DNA of 64,000 bases from a virus (lineage: Duplodnaviria > Caudoviricetes), in IMG/VR virus record IMGVR_UViG_3300020577_006545, positions 1 to 64,000 of that record; one strand, given 5' to 3'. Shown here piece after piece: positions 46,519-54,750 of the stretch. The position numbers were made by a program, and so were the translations under genes. Under the pieces are notes generated by a model, which saw only the letters and a program-made list of their open reading frames with translations, was not told the DNA's origin and ran no database searches. How positions within the stretch are numbered: position 1 is the stretch's first letter; the number at the start of each line of letters is the position of its first letter.

Positions 46519-47189
46519 ATACTTGTAAATATTGTAATCTTATTGGTGAAGAGAGTTTGTTTAGAAGTAAAAATATTTGTAAAGAATGTAATAATAAAAA
46601 TGCTGTAATTTTAAGCAGGCGGTACAGAAAAGATAATAAAGAAATAATATCTAACCGTGCTAAAATATATTATGAACTAAACAAAGAAAAGAAAAGACAA
46701 AGTAAAAAGAAATATTATGAAAATAATAAAGAAAGGTTAAAAGAAAAACAAAGGGTTTATAACAAAACACATAAGGAACAAATATCAAAAAGTAAAAAAT
46801 TATATACCCCCAAAAGAAACGAACTAAATAAAATTAAATACAAAACAGATAATCTGTTTAGAATAAACAGATTAATTAAAAGAGGTTTTTTAAAAGGTAT
46901 AAAAACATATTCTAAAACTGGTAAAACGAAAGCGTTAAAGGAATATGGAATTAACATAAGAGCAATAGTAGAGAAATTAGGAGAACCACCAAAAGATGGT
47001 AAAGAATGGCATATAGACCACGTATTGCCTGTGTCTGCTTTTGACTTAACGAAGCCAGAACATATAAAAGCTTGCTGGCATCCAGACAATTTAAGATGGT
47101 TAGAGGCAAGTGAGAATATTAAGAAGAGTAATAAATATGATAAAGAAGAATTTGAGAAGTATTTAAATGAACATATAGAGGTGAAGTAA
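46515..47189 (+). CDS. HNH homing endonuclease
   Basis: N-terminal CxxC; WHIDHVLPVSAF..WHPDNLRWL...NIKKSNK. Confidence 0.88.
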   Translation: MNTCKYCNLIGEESLFRSKNICKECNNKNAVILSRRYRKDNKEIISNRAKIYYELNKEKKRQSKKKYYENNKERLKEKQRVYNKTHKEQISKSKKLYTPKRNELNKIKYKTDNLFRINRLIKRGFLKGIKTYSKTGKTKALKEYGINIRAIVEKLGEPPKDGKEWHIDHVLPVSAFDLTKPEHIKACWHPDNLRWLEASENIKKSNKYDKEEFEKYLNEHIEVK

Positions 47190-47969
47190 ATGGCTTGGAA
47201 AGCGGTATATAGTGTATACAATGAAGCAAAGTTTTTAGAAAAATCAATTATGAATATAATTGATGAGATGGATAAAATCATTATAGTTGAGGGGTGTTGG
47301 TTAAATGGGGAGAAAATTACTGGCAGTTTAAGAAGCACCGATGGTACTATAGAGATTTTAGAAAGACTAAAAAAAACATACCCAAATAAATTTGAAATTT
47401 GTTATGAAAATAAATTAAATGAACAACGACAACGAGATAACTATTTAGAAAAACTTGAAGATGGTGATAATGTTCTATGGCTTGATGGAGATGAAATTCT
47501 TATTAAGAAAGAATTAAAAGAAGCAAAGACGTATGTTGAACATATGTTCAAGATAGGGCATCAAATGTTATTTGCACATTACATAAATGTGTTTGATGCA
47601 GGTGCAGTCAAAGACACTCATTTACGTGGCTTGTTTTTTAAATTTAGAAGCGATATAAGGTATCTTGATAATGAAAGGGCTAAAGGAAGTCCTGGTGAAG
47701 TTTATCTATTTGAAAATTATGGTAAAGGAAATCTCTATAACAAATCAATGCCAGTAATTGATTGGGATATAGTTAAGGTTTTTCATTTTAAATATTGTAA
47801 AGACCTTGATAAACTTGTTGAAAGAAGATTGATGTATGAGAGTGTTTGGAGGCAGTTACCAGATGAAAAATTAGAAGAAACAAGGATTTCATTAGAAGAG
47901 GAATATAAAACAAAATATAAATCAGGGTTAAAATTTGAAAATGTATATGAAGGAGAACTACCTATATGA
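47190..47969 (+). CDS. GT2-like glycosyltransferase
   Basis: VYNE..FLEKSI, IIIVEG, WLDGDE, VFHF. Confidence 0.8.
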   Translation: MAWKAVYSVYNEAKFLEKSIMNIIDEMDKIIIVEGCWLNGEKITGSLRSTDGTIEILERLKKTYPNKFEICYENKLNEQRQRDNYLEKLEDGDNVLWLDGDEILIKKELKEAKTYVEHMFKIGHQMLFAHYINVFDAGAVKDTHLRGLFFKFRSDIRYLDNERAKGSPGEVYLFENYGKGNLYNKSMPVIDWDIVKVFHFKYCKDLDKLVERRLMYESVWRQLPDEKLEETRISLEEEYKTKYKSGLKFENVYEGELPI

Positions 47970-48292
47970 TGATTACAAGTATAAATAGAGCAACTGTTGA
48001 AATGAGATTGAATCCAGATGAATACGAAGCTTTAATGCAATTGTTTAGGAACTCATACAATGGGGCTATTGGCGGTATGGATTACAATAGTATAAAGTTT
48101 GCAAATTTTGTGACTAATACATTAACTGCTGATATTATTGAAAGTAATAAATGTAATGAAGATTTTCTATTATCACTTTTAAATGGTTCAACATCAGTAA
48201 TTGTTGATGGCAATACTGTTGATTTTAAATATTATGCAAAATCTCGTCTACCTGAATTTTCAGAGAAATACAAGTTATTATTGAATGAATAA
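47966..48292 (+). CDS. KY[KR]LL-domain family protein
   Basis: CNEDFLL...RLPEFSEKYKLLLNE*. Confidence 0.65.
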   Translation: MMITSINRATVEMRLNPDEYEALMQLFRNSYNGAIGGMDYNSIKFANFVTNTLTADIIESNKCNEDFLLSLLNGSTSVIVDGNTVDFKYYAKSRLPEFSEKYKLLLNE

Positions 48293-48575
48293 TTTTAGTT
48301 TTACAACTTCCATATCGTCATCAGTAATTGATGGTATGGATGAGGACAGATTGTTAGAAGAAGTTTTATTAGCGATTAAAAATGACAATTTAAATCATTT
48401 TGCAGTTACAGTTGCCACATTAGTTGAATACGATAGTAATAACGATATTTATGAAAGGCAATCTGTTTTAGAACATCACGATGAAAGTTTTGACATATCT
48501 TATTATGCCTTATCAGAGTATCTACAAAAATTTAGAAAAGAATTTTATGAAAAGTATAAATTATTATTGGAGTGA
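48285..48575 (+). CDS. KY[KR]LL-domain family protein
   Basis: MDEDRLL...RKEFYEKYKLLLE*. Confidence 0.65.
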   Translation: MNNFSFTTSISSSVIDGMDEDRLLEEVLLAIKNDNLNHFAVTVATLVEYDSNNDIYERQSVLEHHDESFDISYYALSEYLQKFRKEFYEKYKLLLE

Positions 48576-48841
48576 CTATGTGGTTTAATGAAACGAAAAA
48601 ACCAAAAGATATTTTGTCAAGTGTAAAAATAAGAGAGATTACAGAGGATAACTTTCTTTTATGGATAATGACGATCAATAATCATCCAGAATTAGATATT
48701 AGAAAATATCAAGTTCAAATTGAAGATGTTGACGAAGTAATTGAACAAAAATTTTCATTATTTCAATTGGTACCATTAGCAGAATATTTAAAAGAAAGCC
48801 GTCCTGATTTTTATGAAAAGTATAGACTATTATTGGAGTGA
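48572..48841 (+). CDS. KY[KR]LL-domain family protein
   Basis: ITEDNFL...RPDFYEKYRLLLE*. Confidence 0.65.
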   Translation: MTMWFNETKKPKDILSSVKIREITEDNFLLWIMTINNHPELDIRKYQVQIEDVDEVIEQKFSLFQLVPLAEYLKESRPDFYEKYRLLLE

Positions 48842-49608
48842 GTATGTTAAAAAATGACGTAATAATTGTAATTCCAACCTGGAATGCTAAAAATTTAATA
48901 TTGAAAGCGGTTAATTCCGTTATTGCACAAGAAAGAAAGAACTTTAGTCTTGGTATTATTATTAGAGATGATTTAAGTGACGACGGGACGTATCAGGAAT
49001 TAACAAATTTTTTCAAAATGGGTGCAATAAACGAAGAATACTTTAAAATAGATGACGTTGATTTTGTTTTCAAAAGAAATGCAGAAAAACTGTATGCTCC
49101 TGGTAACATTTATGAAAGTGTTTTAGACTATGTTGATAATGATGAGGCAATAATAGGAACATTAGATGGTGATGATAGTCTTATTGGGACAACTGTTCTT
49201 AAAGAAATTTACGATATATATCAAAAACATAATCCATTAGTTGTTTATACACAATACAAAAACAATTCAGGTGGAATAGGACATTGTGCAAGAATAGAAG
49301 ACACTGCAAATTATAGAAGCAGAGGACAATGGTGCAGTTCTCATTTTAGAACAGCAAAAGCGCACCTGTATAAGAAGATAATAAAAGAGGACTTGATGTA
49401 TAACGGTGACTATTTTAAACAGGGTGGAGATTTGGCATTAGTATATCCACTGGTTGAGATGGCTGGCAATGATAGAACAATATTCTACGATAAAGTTTGT
49501 TATTTATATAACAATAACCTACCAACAAATGACCATAATATGAATTTAAACGGTCAGAGACAAATGGCTAAAATTATACAATCAAAAGAACCTTACGCCC
49601 AATTATGA
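48838..49608 (+). CDS. GT2 family glycosyltransferase
   Basis: IVIPTWN, DDLSDDGT, LDGDD, SHFRT, GDLAL. Confidence 0.88.
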   Translation: MSMLKNDVIIVIPTWNAKNLILKAVNSVIAQERKNFSLGIIIRDDLSDDGTYQELTNFFKMGAINEEYFKIDDVDFVFKRNAEKLYAPGNIYESVLDYVDNDEAIIGTLDGDDSLIGTTVLKEIYDIYQKHNPLVVYTQYKNNSGGIGHCARIEDTANYRSRGQWCSSHFRTAKAHLYKKIIKEDLMYNGDYFKQGGDLALVYPLVEMAGNDRTIFYDKVCYLYNNNLPTNDHNMNLNGQRQMAKIIQSKEPYAQL

Positions 49609-49916
49609 TAGAGACAGGACGAAAATATATATCAATATCTAAAAATTTAATGGTGTTACGTTTTGAGGTAACTCTGTATGATCCAGAAAACCTTGAACCA
49701 AAAGAAGTTAAAAGACTTCAAGTTTCGGACACACAATTGAACGAATGTAGTGAAGATGATTTTATAGCATTAGTGTCTTATTTTAATCAGAACCCAGGGT
49801 TCATTTATGAAATACATGAAATGTCTAGTCCATCAAGAAAAACTTTTTTTGCAGATTGGGTGAAAAAATATAAAATCAGTTGGTATGAAAAGTACCGATT
49901 GTTAATACCGGAGTAA
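49605..49916 (+). CDS. KY[KR]LL-domain family protein
   Basis: CSEDDFIAL...WYEKYRLLIPE*. Confidence 0.65.
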   Translation: MIETGRKYISISKNLMVLRFEVTLYDPENLEPKEVKRLQVSDTQLNECSEDDFIALVSYFNQNPGFIYEIHEMSSPSRKTFFADWVKKYKISWYEKYRLLIPE

Positions 49917-49920
49917 TACT

Positions 49921-50526
49921 ATGTCACAATTTGAATTAAAAAAATGGCAAATGATAGATGGGGACAACACTCTGTCATACAATTTTATTGATCTAAAAGA
50001 TACTTCCGTTGTAGTTGACACAAGTGGAGTATCTGGAAATTGGGGATATAATATGCATAAGAAATATGGTTGTACAGTTTATATATTTGAACCAGCTAGA
50101 CGATATTTTAATGTAATTAAAAAGAAGTTTTTAGAAAATGATAAAATCATTCCTGTTAAGGCAATGTTGTCTAATAGGAGTGAAAAAGGGATAATGTATT
50201 TAAAAGAAGAAGCGTCATCATCACATCTGGCAGTAAGTAATGTGCAAGAGGAAATAGATTTTCTTGACATATCAGAGTTTAGACGAAAGGAACAAATTGG
50301 TATTATTGATGTGTTAAGACTTAATGTAAATGGTGAGGAATATAATATTTTTGAAAGAATGTTTGAAAAAATGATACATCATAAAGTAAAATACATTATG
50401 GTTCAGTTCGCACCTTATGTTGAAGGTGCGATTGAAAAGAGAGATAGTATCAGAAAAAGATTAGCGAAAACTCACAAAGAAATTTACAATTATGAATTTA
50501 TTTGGGAGTTGTGGCGGTTAAAATAG
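49921..50526 (+). CDS. FkbM-family methyltransferase (degenerate motif I)
   Basis: YIFEP, IDVLRLNVNGEEY..F, YIMVQF. Confidence 0.75.
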   Translation: MSQFELKKWQMIDGDNTLSYNFIDLKDTSVVVDTSGVSGNWGYNMHKKYGCTVYIFEPARRYFNVIKKKFLENDKIIPVKAMLSNRSEKGIMYLKEEASSSHLAVSNVQEEIDFLDISEFRRKEQIGIIDVLRLNVNGEEYNIFERMFEKMIHHKVKYIMVQFAPYVEGAIEKRDSIRKRLAKTHKEIYNYEFIWELWRLK

Positions 50527-51290
50527 TTTAGGTACATATAGTCTTCTGGAACAAGTAATTTATTCGCTCTTTCAAAATTATCATTTATAGCATTTATTTT
50601 TGATGCGTATAGTTCTGGTGTCAGCATATCTAAACTGAAATTATCATCTAGCATTATTATTCCATCCATATTAAAATACTTTCCAATGTCTGGAGTGCCA
50701 AAATAAATTGGGATAGTTCCTGTGGCAAAACAATCTGTGATTTTTTCTGTTATATTATAGTCGTAAACAGAATTCTCCATAGCAAAAGAAAACATATAGT
50801 CCACCAATCCATCTTCTTTCCTATTTATTGGGTTTGATCCATGACCATACATATCCACTAGAGAAGAAAATTTCTTTATCCATTTTTGTCTTTCATATCC
50901 TTTATTAGACGCAATCATAGAAACTAATTTTGTTTTAGGATATACTTTTCTTTCAACCACCCAAGGTACTGCGTTTATAATAAATTTCATTTTGTCACCT
51001 AATTGTAACAATCGTTTATCGTGTGTGAAGATTGCTTCATAGTGTGGTGAAATTCTATCATAGTATTTTGTAAATTCTGCTATTACTTGAGGGATAACAA
51101 TGTCAGCTTCAAGTATCCAACCGTATTTTATTTTTGGCAAATTAAAATTAAAAATTCCGTGGTCAATATGAACAGAAACTTCTGCACTTAAATCTTTTAC
51201 CCATTCTACATATTGTGGATTTACATACTTAGCAGAACCAAGTTGATGCTGAAACCCGCCAGCAATCATATTCAATTTCATTTTATTCAC
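50490..51290 (-). CDS. GT10 (alpha-1,3-fucosyltransferase-like) glycosyltransferase
   Basis: DYMFSFAMENS..ITEKITDCFATGTIPIYFG. Confidence 0.85.
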   Translation of the reverse strand: MNKMKLNMIAGGFQHQLGSAKYVNPQYVEWVKDLSAEVSVHIDHGIFNFNLPKIKYGWILEADIVIPQVIAEFTKYYDRISPHYEAIFTHDKRLLQLGDKMKFIINAVPWVVERKVYPKTKLVSMIASNKGYERQKWIKKFSSLVDMYGHGSNPINRKEDGLVDYMFSFAMENSVYDYNITEKITDCFATGTIPIYFGTPDIGKYFNMDGIIMLDDNFSLDMLTPELYASKINAINDNFERANKLLVPEDYMYLNYFNRHNSQINS

Positions 51291-51308
51291 GAAATAATTC
51301 TATGTCAT

Positions 51309-51337
51309 TTGACAGAAAAAATCAAGTAAAGTACAAT
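51309..51337 (+). promoter_or_regulatory. sigma70 promoter
   Basis: TTGACA-17-TACAAT. Confidence 0.8.
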
Positions 51338-51348
51338 TAAAAGACCTG

Positions 51349-52104
51349 ATGAACAAAAAGAATATAATTGCCAATATAGTAACACAAGCATACTTAAAGA
51401 AAGAAGGTCACATACCAAGTTCATTATCAATTTTAGATATTCTATTTATCCTATACGATGAAATCCTTGATATACAAAGCATTAAAGATGAAGCAGACGA
51501 CAGGGACAGATTTGTCCTTAGTAAAGGACACGCATCACTTGGGTTGTATGCAGTTCTTAATGAATTTGGCCTTTTGAACGAGCCACTTGAAAATTTTGCC
51601 GACCCAACATCACTGCTTGGGGGACATCCGACAGATAAATTAAAATATGTTGAAGCATCAACAGGCTCTCTTGGACACGGATTACCTATGGCTGTTGGCA
51701 TGGCATTAGGATATAAAATTCGTGGCTTTAAAAGTAAGGTCTATTGTTTGATAGGTGATGGCGAAGCAAATGAAGGGACTGTTTGGGAAAGTGCATTACT
51801 TGCGGCTCATCATAGATTAGATAATCTATATTGCATTATGGATCATAATCGCTCAGGTGACAGAGCTTTAATAATAGATGACGTTGTTGAAAAGTTTAAA
51901 GCCTTTAACTGGCTTTCTGTTCCAATTGATGGGCACGACGATGTTCAAATAAGAACTGCTTTGAAAATCAAAACACAATCACCACATTTTATTTGTGCTC
52001 ATACAATCAAAGGGAAAGGAATTCCAATGATGGAAAACAATCCAGAATGGCACCACAAGATGCCTTCTAAAGAAGAGTTAGATTTTATTTTAAAAAATTT
52101 ATAA
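51349..52104 (+). CDS. Transketolase, N-terminal (ThDP-binding) subunit
   Basis: GHIPSSLS, DRFVLSKGHA, STGSLGHGL, GDGEANEG..WE..DHN, TIKGKG. Confidence 0.92.
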   Translation: MNKKNIIANIVTQAYLKKEGHIPSSLSILDILFILYDEILDIQSIKDEADDRDRFVLSKGHASLGLYAVLNEFGLLNEPLENFADPTSLLGGHPTDKLKYVEASTGSLGHGLPMAVGMALGYKIRGFKSKVYCLIGDGEANEGTVWESALLAAHHRLDNLYCIMDHNRSGDRALIIDDVVEKFKAFNWLSVPIDGHDDVQIRTALKIKTQSPHFICAHTIKGKGIPMMENNPEWHHKMPSKEELDFILKNL

Positions 52105-52147
52105 AAATTAATCAAAAATTACAATGCCAATATAAGTTAATGATGGA

Positions 52148-52306
52148 ATGAGTAAAACAGATAAAACTGAAATGATTAGAATAAATGTAGATATAGAAAA
52201 AAACAAACATAAGAGATTGAAATTGATATTGGTACAAAATGATAAATCAATTAAAGATTTTCTGCATGAAGCAGTAGAAAAATATTTATTAGAAAATGAT
52301 GGCTGA
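52148..52306 (+). CDS. Ribbon-helix-helix (ParG-like) DNA-binding protein (not in ORF track)
   Basis: MIRINVDIEKNKHKRLKLILVQNDKSIKDFLHEAVEKYL; overlaps HNH start. Confidence 0.75.
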   Translation: MSKTDKTEMIRINVDIEKNKHKRLKLILVQNDKSIKDFLHEAVEKYLLENDG

Positions 52307-53111
52307 GTATAATACAACTATGAAAGAGTGTAGTAAATGTACGATTAAAAAAACATTTAATAATTTTTATAATGATAAATCACATAATGACGGTTATATG
52401 TCTGTCTGTAAAGAATGTATTAAAAAAAATAAAAACAAAAGAACGAAAGAAAGAACTGCGATAAGATTGACGCTACAACCTGTAGTGCAGAAAATTTGTT
52501 CTACTTGCAAAATTAAAAAGCAAATTCTCCATTTTTATAAACTGGCATCTACAGTGGACGGGTATAACACCGAATGCAAACAGTGTTCTAATAACAGAAG
52601 TAAAAAAATAATTATAAGGTTGGCAAATAATGGACCATCTATTATTAGGTTTGAAAAAATATGTTATAAATGTAAAGTTAAAAAACATATTAGCTCTTTC
52701 ACAAAAAATAGATGCAGACCAGATGGATACCACACTAAATGTAAACAATGCAAATATTCAGAACAAAAAAAAGATTTAAGAGAAAATTTACGAAATGCTG
52801 TGTACAAAGCAATAACTCAATATTCAGAGCGTGGTAAAGTTAAAACAATACTTGAATATGGTATAGATATAAAAAAAATTATTGATTATATTGGCGAAAG
52901 ACCGTCAAAAGATCATCATCTTGACCATATAATACCTATTAGTGCTTTTAATTATAATTTAGATTGGCAAATCGCAGCTTCTTGGCATCCACAAAATTTA
53001 CAATGGTTGTTAGCTGAACAAAATCTTAGTAAGCATAACAAATATGAGCAGGAAGAACTTTCATTATATTTAGAAAATTTTAAAATTCCCAGCAAACGAA
53101 GAAGAACTTAA
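52296..53111 (+). CDS. HNH homing endonuclease with tandem zinc-finger repeats
   Basis: Three C..C...K...F......DG....CK.C repeats; HHLDHIIPISAF..WHPQNLQWL...NLSKHNK. Confidence 0.88.
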   Translation: MMAEYNTTMKECSKCTIKKTFNNFYNDKSHNDGYMSVCKECIKKNKNKRTKERTAIRLTLQPVVQKICSTCKIKKQILHFYKLASTVDGYNTECKQCSNNRSKKIIIRLANNGPSIIRFEKICYKCKVKKHISSFTKNRCRPDGYHTKCKQCKYSEQKKDLRENLRNAVYKAITQYSERGKVKTILEYGIDIKKIIDYIGERPSKDHHLDHIIPISAFNYNLDWQIAASWHPQNLQWLLAEQNLSKHNKYEQEELSLYLENFKIPSKRRRT

Positions 53112-53139
53112 CAAAATACTTGGAGAACTAAATGATTAA
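53083..53139 (+). pseudogene. Ghost C-terminus of transketolase N subunit
   Basis: +1 frame KFPANEEELNKILGELND* vs KMPSKEELDFILKNL* at 52057-52104. Confidence 0.65.
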
Positions 53140-53875
53140 TTACGAAAACAAAAAGAATGATGACTTTGATTGGGAGACGTATTTCATAGAATACGGTAAT
53201 CAAATTGAAGCAGAGAAAAATCACAAGCATATAATTGAAAAAGATCAATATCATTTTGATGGAACTACTTTAAGAAACACTCAAAGACTTGGTGTTCATC
53301 CAAATTGGAGGCTATTATACGAGACTATTCTTCAATTGAACCCAAAAACAGTTCTTGAATGTGGTTGTGGTTTTGGCGATAGTGTCGCAAATATAAAAGT
53401 ATTAAAACCAGATATTCATATCGTTGGTAAGGATATTGGAGAAGGGCAATTATACAAAGCGAAGAAAAGACATCCAGAAATTGATACATACCAGCATCAG
53501 GATATGACTGCACCTCTTCCAGACGGCCACGAAGTCTATGATCTTGTATACACACAAGCGGTTTTAATGCATATGAATACAAATGAAAATTGGAAGGATG
53601 CTATGTTCAATGTATTTAAGTATTCTACAAAATATGTTCTTATGATGGAAAATTGGACTAAACACGAATTCTTTGACGATGCTCAAGAGATTATTTCTAA
53701 ACTGCCTGAATGGAAAGATGCAAAATTCTATTTCAGGAGATCACCAGAATATAACAATAAACCACATCTAATGGTTGTATCAAAAAATATTCTTGAGTAC
53801 GAGCCATTGTTAGACTACGACACATTACTTGGTACAGTAACGCAGACAATGACAGAATATAAAACCGAAATATGA
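53132..53875 (+). CDS. Class I SAM-dependent methyltransferase
   Basis: VLECGCGFG, GKDI, DLVYTQAVLMH. Confidence 0.88.
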   Translation: MINYENKKNDDFDWETYFIEYGNQIEAEKNHKHIIEKDQYHFDGTTLRNTQRLGVHPNWRLLYETILQLNPKTVLECGCGFGDSVANIKVLKPDIHIVGKDIGEGQLYKAKKRHPEIDTYQHQDMTAPLPDGHEVYDLVYTQAVLMHMNTNENWKDAMFNVFKYSTKYVLMMENWTKHEFFDDAQEIISKLPEWKDAKFYFRRSPEYNNKPHLMVVSKNILEYEPLLDYDTLLGTVTQTMTEYKTEI

Positions 53876-54750
53876 GAAAACAATTTACAAAAACAATAGA
53901 GGAAATAGTAGCGACTGACGAAAAGTCTGTATTGCTTTTAGGTGATATAGGCGTGTTTGGTTTTCGTAATTCATTAGAAAAGTACCCAGCCAGAGCATAC
54001 AATATAGGTATATTAGAACAAGCGACAATAAGTATGGCCGCTGGATTGGCAAAAACAGGGTTAATACCTATTGTCCATACAATTGCACCTTTTATTGTTG
54101 AAAGAGCATTTGAACAATTAAAAGATGACTTTGGATATCAACAACTTGGTGGGAACTTTATAAGTGTTGGTGCGTCTTACGATTACACAGCACTTGGGGC
54201 AACACATCATTGTCCAGGGGATGTGGCATTAATGAATACGATCCCTGGAATGGAAATATTAGTTCCTGGAAACTCAAATGAAGTAGACAAGTTGTTAAAA
54301 GCAACTTACAATAATGGAAAGCCTACATACACAAGATTGAGTGAGTATGAACATAAAGAAAATATTAATGTTGAATTTGGAAAAGCAAACGTAATAAAAA
54401 AAGGCGGGAATGTAACTATCGTTTGTTTTGGGAATATGTTAACAAATGTAATTGAGGCAACGAAAGACATAGATTCGACTATTCTGTATTACTCTACGGT
54501 CAAACCATTTGATAGCGAGACATTAAAAGAAAATTGTAATGATATATTAATAGTTGTAGAACCATTTTACGAAGGCTCTGTAAATTATTTAATAACAAAA
54601 GCCTTAACAGATAAGGCAATTTTCGTTTACAATCTTGGTATTCCAAATGAGTTTATAAGAGAGTATGGTAAAAAAGAGGATCAAGACACTAAATTGAGAC
54701 TTGATGTTAAATCTTTGAGAGAAGATATAATTAGAATATGTTCAGTATAA
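53872..54750 (+). CDS. Transketolase, C-terminal (pyrimidine-binding) subunit
   Basis: NIGILEQ..ISMAAGLA, RAFEQL.DD, LGATHH..D, PTYTRL. Confidence 0.92.
   Translation: MRKQFTKTIEEIVATDEKSVLLLGDIGVFGFRNSLEKYPARAYNIGILEQATISMAAGLAKTGLIPIVHTIAPFIVERAFEQLKDDFGYQQLGGNFISVGASYDYTALGATHHCPGDVALMNTIPGMEILVPGNSNEVDKLLKATYNNGKPTYTRLSEYEHKENINVEFGKANVIKKGGNVTIVCFGNMLTNVIEATKDIDSTILYYSTVKPFDSETLKENCNDILIVVEPFYEGSVNYLITKALTDKAIFVYNLGIPNEFIREYGKKEDQDTKLRLDVKSLREDIIRICSV

Noticed and set aside
46295-47189. Ghost terminus for the RHH-HNH at 46357 (NFIE* vs HIEVK*)
   Set aside because: Only about 2 codons shared; cannot be distinguished from chance without relatives.
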